DNA of 32,068 nucleotides from an uncultured Syntrophaceae bacterium (GTDB lineage Bacteria; Desulfobacterota; Desulfomonilia; Desulfomonilales; Desulfomonilaceae), in contig CAYZET010000003.1 of the NCBI GenBank assembly GCA_964477215.1, positions 1-32,068 of the forward strand, read 5' to 3'. The notes beneath the pieces are model-generated. The model was not told the origin of the DNA. It saw nothing but the letters and a program-made list of their open reading frames with translations, and did no database searches. Below are positions 9,470-17,995 of the stretch, in pieces (position 1 is the first letter of the stretch; the number at the start of each line of letters is the position of its first letter). A program made the translations under genes and the position numbers.

Positions 9470-9881
9470 TCCTAACTCTCCTTATTCTATGGCTTCGATC
9501 TCACAGCCCAATCACATGCGGTAGGGCCATCCGATCAGGAAACGGGGGAGCGGCACTCTCAAGAGCATCCAAGCGGCCGCACACTCATGCTGGCGCATTT
9601 CCCGGAGACCGGTAATAAATTCGAGTTGACTAGTCATGGTGTGACTAGATACCATAGTACCTCCTGGTCCCGCAATACTCAAATTTCGGGCCGCCAAAAA
9701 AAAAGCCTGGACCTGCGACGTGCAGTGTTTCCAAAAGGTTAGCTCGGGATAACCCACGAGCTCGCAAGATTCTTGCATGAATCCACGATCAAGGTTATGC
9801 TAAGCGGTTGGGGCCCATCGGACCGGCCGTTGACTCAACGACCGCTGGCCCGGGCGGATGGTTGTTCACGGAGACCTTCAC

Positions 9882-10388
9882 ATGCTCAAGACCATCGAGA
9901 TCCATACCACGTCCGAAGAAGACACGTTCCGGTTGGGGCGCTCCATCGGAGAGATCTTGAAACCTGAGGATGTGATCTTGCTGTTGGGCAACCTCGGAAC
10001 CGGAAAGACCAGACTGGCAAAAGGTATCGTGTCGGCAGCTACCCGCGTGGATCCAGAGGAGGTTGTCAGCCCTTCCTTCACGCTGGTCAACCGATTTGAA
10101 GGTCCCTTTCCCGTTCATCATGCCGATCTGTACAGAATCGAGGCAGATCAGGTGGAAGACATCGGTCTCGATGAAGCTTTGGCAGAAGAAGGGGCGCTGA
10201 TTATTGAGTGGGCTGAGAAGATGCCGAGCGTGTTCCCGGATTCACTACGCATCGTGATCTCCTACTGTCTGGATCCGGACTCTCGGAGGATTATTCTGCA
10301 GTGGCCGGAACACGGGTCCTGGGACGAGCGGATCGGTACAGTTGCTGAAGCGTGGTCTGTCGAATATTGCGCGGCCAGCGGAATCTGA
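9882..10388 (+). CDS. tsaE: tRNA t6A37 threonylcarbamoyl-transfer ATPase TsaE (YjeE)
   Basis: Walker A GNLGTGKT, SPSFTLVN and HADLYR motifs appear in the characteristic TsaE order. ATG 9882 gives 168 aa. Confidence 0.85.
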   Translation: MLKTIEIHTTSEEDTFRLGRSIGEILKPEDVILLLGNLGTGKTRLAKGIVSAATRVDPEEVVSPSFTLVNRFEGPFPVHHADLYRIEADQVEDIGLDEALAEEGALIIEWAEKMPSVFPDSLRIVISYCLDPDSRRIILQWPEHGSWDERIGTVAEAWSVEYCAASGI

Positions 10389-10448
10389 AGTGGCAACCGG
10401 CCAAACTGATTCGGTTTCTAGTCTTAACTTGAAATCATGGAGTAGTGC

Positions 10449-11672
10449 ATGCCGTTAGTCGTACAAAAATACGGTGGAACATCTGTGGGCGATCTGGACC
10501 GCATCGCAAACGTCGCGAGAAAAGTAGCTGCCTGCAGAGACCAGGGAAATGAAGTAGTTGTCGTTGTGTCGGCCATGGCCGGAGAGACGGATCGCCTGAT
10601 CGACCTTGCAAGAAGAATCGTTGCTACTCCAAACGAAAGAGAGCTCGATGTCCTTCTTGCCACTGGTGAGCAAGTGACCGTAGCGCTCCTTGCCATCACT
10701 TTGGAATCCATGGGATACAAGGCCAAATCCTATCTCGGCTGGCAAATACCACTCCGGACGGACTCCGCGTTCGGCGCGGCGAGGGTCACGGATGTGGGGA
10801 GAGAAGCCATCATGGCTGATCTGGCAGAGGGACGCATCGTTATTGTGGCAGGATTCCAAGGTGTTGACGAAACCGATAGGATCACGACCCTTGGAAGAGG
10901 GGGATCCGATACGTCCGCAGTCGCGGTGGCCGCGGGATTGAAGGCCGACAGGTGCGAGATTTTTACGGACGTGGACGGCGTTTATACCACAGACCCGAAC
11001 ATTACCTCAAGAGCCCGCAAGATCCACAAGATTGCATATGAGGAAATGCTGGAGATGGCTTCGCTGGGAGCGAAGGTTCTGTATATCCGTGCTGTAGAGT
11101 TCGCGATGCGCCATCAGGTCCCTGTGGTAGTGCGATCAAGCTTCAACGACAACGAAGGAACGCTGGTTACGGAGGAGCATCCAGATATGGAAAAAGAGTC
11201 TGTAAGCGCGGTGACGTGCAACACGAAAGAAGCCAAGATCACGCTTTCTGGGGTCGCCGACAGACCGGGTATCGCGTCCCAAATCTTTTCTATGCTTTCG
11301 GACGCGAATGTGGTCGTGGACATGATCATTCAGAACTCCAGCGCTGACGGAAAGACGGACATTTCTTTCACCGTTCCCGAAGCATCTCTGGAAAAGAGCT
11401 TGGCTATTTGCGAAGATATCAAGAACAAGTTGGGAGCGGAAGCAGTGACCGGATCCAATGACATTGCCAAAGTGTCGATCATCGGCCTTGGCATGAGATC
11501 ACACACCGGCGTAGCCGCTAAGATGTTCACCACCCTAGCGGAGGAAGGAATCAACATAGAAATGATCTCCACATCCGAGATCAAGATCTCGTGTGTCATA
11601 CGGAAGAAGTACGCGGAGCTGGCTGTGCGGGCCCTCCATGATGCTTTCGAATTGGATAAGGTGCGAAGATAG
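10449..11672 (+). CDS. lysC: aspartate kinase
   Basis: N-terminal VVQKYGGTSVG kinase motif. GRGGSDTSAVAVA is present. There are two C-terminal ACT-like repeats (KITLSGVADRPGIASQIF..., KVSIIGLGMRSHTGVAAKMF...). Confidence 0.95.
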   Translation: MPLVVQKYGGTSVGDLDRIANVARKVAACRDQGNEVVVVVSAMAGETDRLIDLARRIVATPNERELDVLLATGEQVTVALLAITLESMGYKAKSYLGWQIPLRTDSAFGAARVTDVGREAIMADLAEGRIVIVAGFQGVDETDRITTLGRGGSDTSAVAVAAGLKADRCEIFTDVDGVYTTDPNITSRARKIHKIAYEEMLEMASLGAKVLYIRAVEFAMRHQVPVVVRSSFNDNEGTLVTEEHPDMEKESVSAVTCNTKEAKITLSGVADRPGIASQIFSMLSDANVVVDMIIQNSSADGKTDISFTVPEASLEKSLAICEDIKNKLGAEAVTGSNDIAKVSIIGLGMRSHTGVAAKMFTTLAEEGINIEMISTSEIKISCVIRKKYAELAVRALHDAFELDKVRR

Positions 11673-11711
11673 ATCAGGCAGGGTGGAACGTTTTTCTGGA
11701 GGAATAGGCAG

Positions 11712-13289
11712 TTGAACCTTGTAGAATTATACGACACGACGCTCCGCGACGGAGCCCAAACCTGGGGCATCACCTTTTCACTGGAAGATAAGCTGAGAAT
11801 CGTGCAGAAGCTCGATGAATTGGGAATAGACCTCATTGAAGGAGGATACCCGGGCTCCAATCCCAAAGACAGGCGATTCTTCGAAGCCACGCGCAATCTC
11901 AGGCTCAACCATGCAAAGATTGCAGCCTTTGGCAGCACGTGCAGAGCTGACATGCCTCCGGAAAAAGATCCCCAGATCGCAAGCCTCCTGCAATCGGGAA
12001 CAAATGTCGTCACCATCGTAGGTAAGGGCTGGGATCTGCATGTGCGCAGGGTGCTTGCGGTGTCCTTGGAGCGGAATCTGGAAATGATTCGAGATTCTGT
12101 TGCCTACCTCCGTCCCCACTTTTCCAGAGTGATTTTCGACGCTGAGCATTTTTTTGATGGGTTCAGGAAGAATCAGGAATACGCTATTGCCACACTTCGG
12201 GCAGCCGTGAGTGCCGGCGCGGACATGGTGGTGCTCTGTGACACGAACGGGGGTACATTGCCCTCCCAGTTAGCGAGCGACGTCAAAAACGTTGTGGAGC
12301 AGATCTCGACTCCCGTGGGAATCCACGCGCATAACGACTCAGAAACCGCCGTGGCCAACAGCCTCATGGCAGTCGAAGCCGGCGCGACCCACATTCAGGG
12401 GACCATCAACGGGATAGGGGAACGGTGCGGCAATGCCAATCTCACCTCGATCATTCCCGCTCTCGCCCTGAAGATGGGGCGCATCCAGATTCCCGAAAAT
12501 CGTCTGATGATGCTGAGGCAAGTATCCGAATTTGTCGACGAGATGGCCAACAGGACCCCGCTGAAATGGCAGCCGTACGTGGGCGCTGCTGCGTTCGCCC
12601 ACAAAGGCGGCCTTCACGCCAGCGCAGTGGTCAAGATCTCCGAAGCCTACGAGCACATCTCCCCGGAGCTCGTTGGCAATGCAAGAAGCTTTCCCATTTC
12701 CGAGCAGGCCGGCCGCGCCGCGATAGTGCAGAAAGCGGCCGAGTTCGGCATCGACCTTACGATAAGTGACCCTCGGGTTTCGGAAATTCTGAAAGCATTG
12801 AAGGACCTGGAGGCCAGAGGTGCTCACTACGAAATCGCGGATGGCTCTCTCGAGCTCCTCATGAAACGCATGTTCGGACTCCACAAGCGATTCTTCACCC
12901 TGCACGGGTTTCACGTTACCAACGCCAAGCGTCAAGGAGATACCCGAACGTACTCCGATGCAGTGATCCGCATCGTGGTAGGAGACAAGATGGAGTTCTC
13001 CGCGGCCGAAGGCAACGGACCCGTCAATGCCCTGGACGCGGCCTTCAGAAATGCCCTTGAAAAATTCTATCCCTGCGTGGCCGAAGTGCGACTCACCGAC
13101 TTCAAGGTTCGTGTCCTGGAGGGATCCTCCGGAACCGGAGCGACTGTTCGAGTGCTCATAGAGTCAACGGACAAGGACCACGTGTGGTGGACGGTGGGAT
13201 TCAGCGAAAACGTTATTCAGGCTGCGTGGGACGCGCTCGTGGACAGTATCGACTACAAGCTGCAGAAAGATCTTGTCCCCAAGGGCTGA
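11712..13289 (+). CDS. cimA: citramalate synthase (CimA-type member of the 2-isopropylmalate synthase family)
   Basis: YDTTLRDGAQ, IEGGYPGSNPKD and GIHAHNDSETAVANS motifs. The 525-aa length and the C-terminal regulatory domain fit long-form CimA rather than LeuA. TTG start after GGAGGA. Confidence 0.8.
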   Translation: MNLVELYDTTLRDGAQTWGITFSLEDKLRIVQKLDELGIDLIEGGYPGSNPKDRRFFEATRNLRLNHAKIAAFGSTCRADMPPEKDPQIASLLQSGTNVVTIVGKGWDLHVRRVLAVSLERNLEMIRDSVAYLRPHFSRVIFDAEHFFDGFRKNQEYAIATLRAAVSAGADMVVLCDTNGGTLPSQLASDVKNVVEQISTPVGIHAHNDSETAVANSLMAVEAGATHIQGTINGIGERCGNANLTSIIPALALKMGRIQIPENRLMMLRQVSEFVDEMANRTPLKWQPYVGAAAFAHKGGLHASAVVKISEAYEHISPELVGNARSFPISEQAGRAAIVQKAAEFGIDLTISDPRVSEILKALKDLEARGAHYEIADGSLELLMKRMFGLHKRFFTLHGFHVTNAKRQGDTRTYSDAVIRIVVGDKMEFSAAEGNGPVNALDAAFRNALEKFYPCVAEVRLTDFKVRVLEGSSGTGATVRVLIESTDKDHVWWTVGFSENVIQAAWDALVDSIDYKLQKDLVPKG

Positions 13290-13312
13290 GTCATAGTTGA
13301 AAAGGCCGCCGA

Positions 13313-13912
13313 TCATCTGCGCTCCGAGAGGGAGGATGTGGGCCTGAGAACATCCAGCCCTCGATCGCTCTCCTTGATCCACGTTTGCCCATCGCTGAAG
13401 AGCAGGCCTGAAACAGCGATCACGTCCCGGACGGACAGGGAGATCACCAGCGACACAACCAACCACATCTCAGGGGGGAATCCAGAAGTCTTCCAGCAAT
13501 ATATGGCGCAGATAGGGACGAAGATTCCTATTGGCAGCAAAAGCACGACGAGAAACACGTTCCTCGGCAGCTCCCCGCGAGCGGCAGGATGTATTCCCCC
13601 TGAAGCAGGGTAAGAGCGAATCACTGCAACCCAGGCGATCCAGTATCCGCAAAAGCGTACAAAGAGATAAATTGACACCGTTCCGACGGAGGTGACCATG
13701 AGCTGACTGAGACTAGGCAAGGGGCCTGTGACGGGAAACAGCAGACGCAGCGCTATGAGGATCAACAATCCCACCAGCAGGGCATACAATCCCAATCCTC
13801 GCGAAGGGAGCACAATTTCGTCCTCGAGGAAAAACGGTGGTGGATCGAGCGGGAGCGAAGTCGGGATAGATTTCGCCTTAGGCTGGATCCGCTGCCGTGC
13901 GCGTCCGCCCAT
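13313..13912 (-). CDS. hypothetical integral membrane protein
   Basis: 199-aa ORF with about 5 hydrophobic helices, for example LYALLVGLLILIALRLLF and NVFLVVLLLPIGIFVPICAIYCW. No family recognised, and the start is uncertain. Confidence 0.5.
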   Translation of the reverse strand: MGGRARQRIQPKAKSIPTSLPLDPPPFFLEDEIVLPSRGLGLYALLVGLLILIALRLLFPVTGPLPSLSQLMVTSVGTVSIYLFVRFCGYWIAWVAVIRSYPASGGIHPAARGELPRNVFLVVLLLPIGIFVPICAIYCWKTSGFPPEMWLVVSLVISLSVRDVIAVSGLLFSDGQTWIKESDRGLDVLRPTSSLSERR

Positions 13913-14175
13913 TGGGATTCTCCATCACAGGTGTGAAGCAACAGAGATATTACCAACCGCTCCAAATCTTAGCAACCGATTGCAGCAATTTAAAGGGTCC
14001 CTGATGCTCGCATTTGGAAATTGCTTCTCCCAATGTATGCTCCGTGCAGGCCGTCAGGGTTCGGCATGCGGCTTGAGGCTCCAGATCGATCTCGTCGGGT
14101 GCGCGGAGAGAGGACTCACTCGGGAGGGGCTTTCTACGAGGCTCCCACTCACCGAGTAGGAGGTCGAACCGTCAC

Positions 14176-14727
14176 TCAGGGAGCCCTCCTTGGAGGAGGA
14201 GCCGGTTGCTCGTCCTCACCCTGCTCCGACGTGAGAGGAGAAGCTCCTGCGTCCAATCTCATCGAGCTGAGCAGACCGGATGCTGGCGAGCGTTCGAGCA
14301 CAGGTTTGTCCACTTCCCTCCGGAAGCCCTCCATCCTGCTGATCAGGGTTTCGGTTTCCCTTATCTGTGCTTCGACACGCGATAGCGCGGAATCAACAGT
14401 AGCCTTATCGCCGGCGCTGGTCTGCCCGCAGGGAGAATAGAGACACGAACCCCGGGTCGAAATATCGTCTCTCAGCCTCTCCAGCTTAGCCTGCTGTCGC
14501 TCCAATTCGTTCTCAGCTCGTTCAAGCTGGTCTGCCACTCGGTAGCGCGTCAGTGTCATCGCTGAATTGCCCACTTCCTTCGCATACCGTATCCGCTCCA
14601 ACTGTGTGTGCATGTGCGTCTGCACCTGATGCAGAGCCCAATCGTCATGCTCCTCCGCGGCAAGCACGGGCCAAGGGAGTCCAAACAAGAGCGCAAGAAT
14701 CATCCGACTGATCGTTTGTTTTCGCAT
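14176..14727 (-). CDS. secreted coiled-coil protein, hypothetical
   Basis: ATG 14727 is preceded by GGAGG at 8 nt. Signal peptide is MRKQTISRMILALLFGLPWPVLAA. Heptad-like charged helices (LERAENELERQQAKLERLRDDI; ALSRVEAQIRETETLISRMEGF) are followed by an acidic, Pro-rich tail. Confidence 0.6.
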   Translation of the reverse strand: MRKQTISRMILALLFGLPWPVLAAEEHDDWALHQVQTHMHTQLERIRYAKEVGNSAMTLTRYRVADQLERAENELERQQAKLERLRDDISTRGSCLYSPCGQTSAGDKATVDSALSRVEAQIRETETLISRMEGFRREVDKPVLERSPASGLLSSMRLDAGASPLTSEQGEDEQPAPPPRRAP

Positions 14728-14773
14728 CGGTTCCGCCTCCGATCGAGCGGTTCGAGCATAGCTCCTTTTGGTA

Positions 14774-14802
14774 TTTATATCAAATATATGAACATATTAC
14801 AA
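14774..14802 (-). promoter_or_regulatory. candidate sigma-70-type promoter for the secreted-protein gene
   Basis: On the minus strand the sequence reads TTGTAA-17 nt-TATAAA. It lies in the only strongly AT-rich patch of the window (about 14760-14830), roughly 45 nt upstream of ATG 14727. Confidence 0.25.
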
Positions 14803-14905
14803 GAAATTCTTGAAGTAATTCGGAGGTAAACAAGCCTATGCCTTCATGCTTCTCGTCTCTCTCACGTTTCCCATCGTTCACCAGTATTACAGGTGCGTGG
14901 ATCGG

Positions 14906-15931
14906 TCACTTCTGACTGTTGCTCTCGCTGGTGTCAAATTCTATGGCCGGTCTCCAAACCCAGTCTTCTACAGTGGAGCGAAAGGCTTGCAGTTCTGGAC
15001 GCCTCCCCATGGTGTCCGATATGTATGCGCCGGTGCGGGGAATCGAAGAACCGTATCGTAGTGAGCGGCGTACCGAAATCTGGTATCCGAAGGTCCCCAG
15101 TGCCTTGATGTTCCTCTGAAGGGACATGATGTCAAAGACGTAGCGAAATCTGTCCGAGCACGATTCACCTGTCTCCGTGCAGTAATGGTCGATCAGCTCG
15201 TCCACCAGGGGCTGGGGGAGAGTGACGTATGAATCCTTCAACAGAGATGCCAGGTCGTACTGCGCCGGGCCCATACGAGCGTCCTGAAAATCTATCATGT
15301 AGAGGCGATCTTGGAAGTGGATGAGGTTACGGGAATGGTAGTCCCTGTGGGTGAAGATGCGAGGCTCTGCGGCAAGAATTCTGCTTATTCTCGAGAAAAA
15401 GGACCTCAGATGCAATTCTGCCCCATGTGACGGCGACATTGCGCACAAACCTTTGACAAAGTGGGTCAGGAAGAATTCCAATTCCTCCATGAGCTTTGCC
15501 TCGTCAAAGGCCAGGGAGAAAGCAATGCATTGGGACGACATTCCCTGAGTCTTCCTTCGCATACGGAGCAGCAAGTCTACCGCTTCAAAGTACAGGGAAC
15601 GGACTCCGTGCCTGTCGGAACGATCCACTACGCTCTCGAGGAGGTCGTCACCCAGGTCCTGAAGGACCAGCACACCCTGAGCCGGCGCATGGCAATAGAC
15701 GCGGGGGACCGGGAGATCGAGGTCCTCCAGGAATCGATGCACATCCAGGAAGGGCGCTTCGAGGCCCTTGCCTGCTTCTGGCTGAACCATGATCGCAGCG
15801 GTGGTACCGTCCCCATAGGTCGCTCGGAAATACGTACGAGTGGACGCGTCACCCGCCAGCATCTCCACTCGCACAGGAGGCCGGCCGCATTCGTTCAGGA
15901 ATGCAAGTCGATTTGTCAGTTCAGAATCCAT
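14906..15931 (-). CDS. aminoglycoside-phosphotransferase-fold sugar kinase, AmgK-like (anomeric MurNAc/GlcNAc kinase family)
   Basis: Catalytic loop HRDYHSRNLI, IDFQDARMGP and YDLASLLKDSYV resemble AmgK-type kinases. It pairs with a MurU-like nucleotidyltransferase directly upstream. Start is ATG 15931, with an alternative TTG 15937 six nt after GGAGAAG. The upstream 20 codons of the ORF overlap the preceding gene. Confidence 0.7.
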   Translation of the reverse strand: MDSELTNRLAFLNECGRPPVRVEMLAGDASTRTYFRATYGDGTTAAIMVQPEAGKGLEAPFLDVHRFLEDLDLPVPRVYCHAPAQGVLVLQDLGDDLLESVVDRSDRHGVRSLYFEAVDLLLRMRRKTQGMSSQCIAFSLAFDEAKLMEELEFFLTHFVKGLCAMSPSHGAELHLRSFFSRISRILAAEPRIFTHRDYHSRNLIHFQDRLYMIDFQDARMGPAQYDLASLLKDSYVTLPQPLVDELIDHYCTETGESCSDRFRYVFDIMSLQRNIKALGTFGYQISVRRSLRYGSSIPRTGAYISDTMGRRPELQAFRSTVEDWVWRPAIEFDTSESNSQK

Positions 15932-16895
15932 TGTCAATGGGTGCTTCTCCGCGACGGGTAATAATTCGATTCGTGTATTTCCCAGTAACAATCATGCCGG
16001 ACCCGACGATACAATTGCGAAGAGTCGAACCGGTTTTGACCACAACATTTTCCCAAAGTATCACGTTTTCTACAAGGCATCCTTTCTCGATGCGACATCC
16101 ATCGGACAGCGTCACAAAACGCCCCAGATGACACTCCCTTGCCAAGGACGCATCCGGTGGAACATGAATGGGCGGGGATATCCCGTTTTTCAGGAATAGA
16201 TCTCTGTGACAGGAGAGGTACCGACCAGGATCCCCCAAGTCGTTCCAGTATCCTGTAATAGGAAACCCAAACACGCGAGCTCCCCCATCGAGGGCGGCCG
16301 GATAAACCTGGTCGTTAATCTCGCAGAAGATCCCTTCCGGGATATACCGGAAAATCTCGGGTTCAAGAATATGAACGCCGGTGAACACGTACGTCTCGGG
16401 ACGAGCGGGACCAGAGGAGCCACGGCCTTTGAAACCCACAAGGCGATATGAGTCGTCGATGCGCACGGGAGTGTACCTGTATGGGGGGAGCTGCTCGATC
16501 AGGACCAAAGTGGCTAACGCATGATTGCTGCGGTGGAAGGCAATTGCGTCTGCAAGGGAGAAATCAAAGAGGATGTCGCCGTTCACCATGAGGAAGGTCC
16601 CCATGTCGAAGAATAACTCGTTGTCTTTCAATCCGCCTGCGGTGCCGAGTATGGACTTCTCATGGGAAAAAGTGACAGGAAGCGCGCTCCAGGCGTCTTT
16701 GTCAAAAATTTGCTGTATAGACCGAGGCAGATAATGGAGGTTCAAACGAAGTGATGAGACCCCTTGTGCCATGAGGTGCTCGATCGTCCTTATCAGCAGA
16801 GGCTTCCCGAGCACCGGGACTGCCGGCTTTGCCCGTTCGAGAGTCAGGGGCCTCAGTCTGGTGCCGAATCCCGCAGAGAGCACCATTGCTTTCAT
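15921..16895 (-). CDS. sugar-1-phosphate nucleotidyltransferase (MurU/GlmU-like N-terminal domain plus C-terminal left-handed beta-helix-like segment)
   Basis: N-terminus MKAMVLSAGFGTRLRPLTLERAKPAVPVLGKPLL carries the G-x-G-T-R-L-x-P-L-T nucleotidyltransferase signature and resembles the MurU N-terminus. The C-terminal hexapeptide-like repeats make it longer (324 aa) than canonical MurU. ATGA overlap with the ddl stop. Confidence 0.75.
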   Translation of the reverse strand: MKAMVLSAGFGTRLRPLTLERAKPAVPVLGKPLLIRTIEHLMAQGVSSLRLNLHYLPRSIQQIFDKDAWSALPVTFSHEKSILGTAGGLKDNELFFDMGTFLMVNGDILFDFSLADAIAFHRSNHALATLVLIEQLPPYRYTPVRIDDSYRLVGFKGRGSSGPARPETYVFTGVHILEPEIFRYIPEGIFCEINDQVYPAALDGGARVFGFPITGYWNDLGDPGRYLSCHRDLFLKNGISPPIHVPPDASLARECHLGRFVTLSDGCRIEKGCLVENVILWENVVVKTGSTLRNCIVGSGMIVTGKYTNRIITRRGEAPIDNGF

Positions 16896-17995
16896 GGGAG
16901 CGCTCTGTCCGTAAGAGTGCTTTGCTTCTCCTGGTGCCTCTCAAAAGCCAGATCGATCAGGGCTTCAACAAGATCGGAATAGGGGATGCCGGATTCTTCC
17001 CAGAGCTTTGGGTACATGCTGATGGAGGTGAAGCCTGGAAGCGTATTGATCTCGTTGACAATCACCTGATTCTTCGGGGTGAGGAACATGTCTACGCGAG
17101 ACAATCCCGAGCCGTCGACGGCCCTAAAGGCTGCCAGGGCGACTGATTGGGCTTTGGCGAGCTCAGCGGGGGACAGATCTGCCGGTATGAGGAGCTCAGC
17201 CGTGTCCTGAAGATACTTTTCTTCGTAATCGTAGAAGTCGGAATGGGAGATTATTTCCCCGGCCACGCTTGCCCGAGCGGTATCGTTCCCCAGCACACCC
17301 ACCTCGATCTCTCTTCCCGAAATCCCGTCCTCCACGAGGATCTTTCTGTCGTACGATGCAGCCATCTCGACAGCTCTCGGAAAACCTGACGGATCGTTGA
17401 CCTTGGTGATCCCAACGGAAGACCCCAGATTTGCAGGTTTGACAAAGACGGGAAAACGGCTCGACTTAAGGCGCTCGAGAACGAGAGACCGGTTGTTCTT
17501 CCATTCAGTCCTCAGGAACCAAAAGAACGGGCCTACTGTCAGACCGTTGTCTCGAAAGGCTCCTTTCATCAGGACCTTGTCCATTCCTGCCGCGGAAGCC
17601 AACACTCCACATCCCACGTAGGGGAGATTCGCCATCTCCAACAGGCCTTGAATGGTTCCATCCTCTCCATATGTTCCATGAAGCACAGGAAATACGACGT
17701 CTACGGCAAGAGGCTGGACCTGCATGGCATCACCGATCCTTAGAAAGCCTCCGTGGGCTGGGTCCGGAGAAAAGATGAGCCGCTCGCTTTCGGACAGCTC
17801 TGGTTCAGGACGGAAGGAAGAAGCGTCTGCAGGCCGTTTGTACCAGGCCCCCTCCTTGGTTATGAGAACAGGAACGACTTCGTAGCGTTCCCTCTTCATC
17901 GCCGAAAATACGGACGCTGCAGATCGCAGCGAGACTTCATGCTCAGCGGAACGCCCCCCATAGATGAGGGCAACCGTTATTTTCCCTGATGGCAT
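16892..17995 (-). CDS. ddl: D-alanine--D-alanine ligase
   Basis: VALIYGGRSAEHEVSL, FPVLHGTYGEDGTIQGLLE and EINTLPGFT motifs. ATG 17995 is preceded by GGGAGG at 5 nt and gives 367 aa. The 28 upstream codons of the ORF are not Ddl-like. Confidence 0.92.
   Translation of the reverse strand: MPSGKITVALIYGGRSAEHEVSLRSAASVFSAMKRERYEVVPVLITKEGAWYKRPADASSFRPEPELSESERLIFSPDPAHGGFLRIGDAMQVQPLAVDVVFPVLHGTYGEDGTIQGLLEMANLPYVGCGVLASAAGMDKVLMKGAFRDNGLTVGPFFWFLRTEWKNNRSLVLERLKSSRFPVFVKPANLGSSVGITKVNDPSGFPRAVEMAASYDRKILVEDGISGREIEVGVLGNDTARASVAGEIISHSDFYDYEEKYLQDTAELLIPADLSPAELAKAQSVALAAFRAVDGSGLSRVDMFLTPKNQVIVNEINTLPGFTSISMYPKLWEESGIPYSDLVEALIDLAFERHQEKQSTLTDRALP

Noticed and set aside
9761-9773. Palindrome GCAAGA-A-TCTTGC as a possible ModE-type operator
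   Set aside because: It does not resemble the AT-rich ModE box I know from E. coli. No modE gene is in the window. It is a single short palindrome with no further support.
11330-12016. 228-aa minus-strand ORF spanning the lysC/cimA junction
   Set aside because: It is antisense to two genes with unambiguous motifs, has no RBS and no family resemblance.
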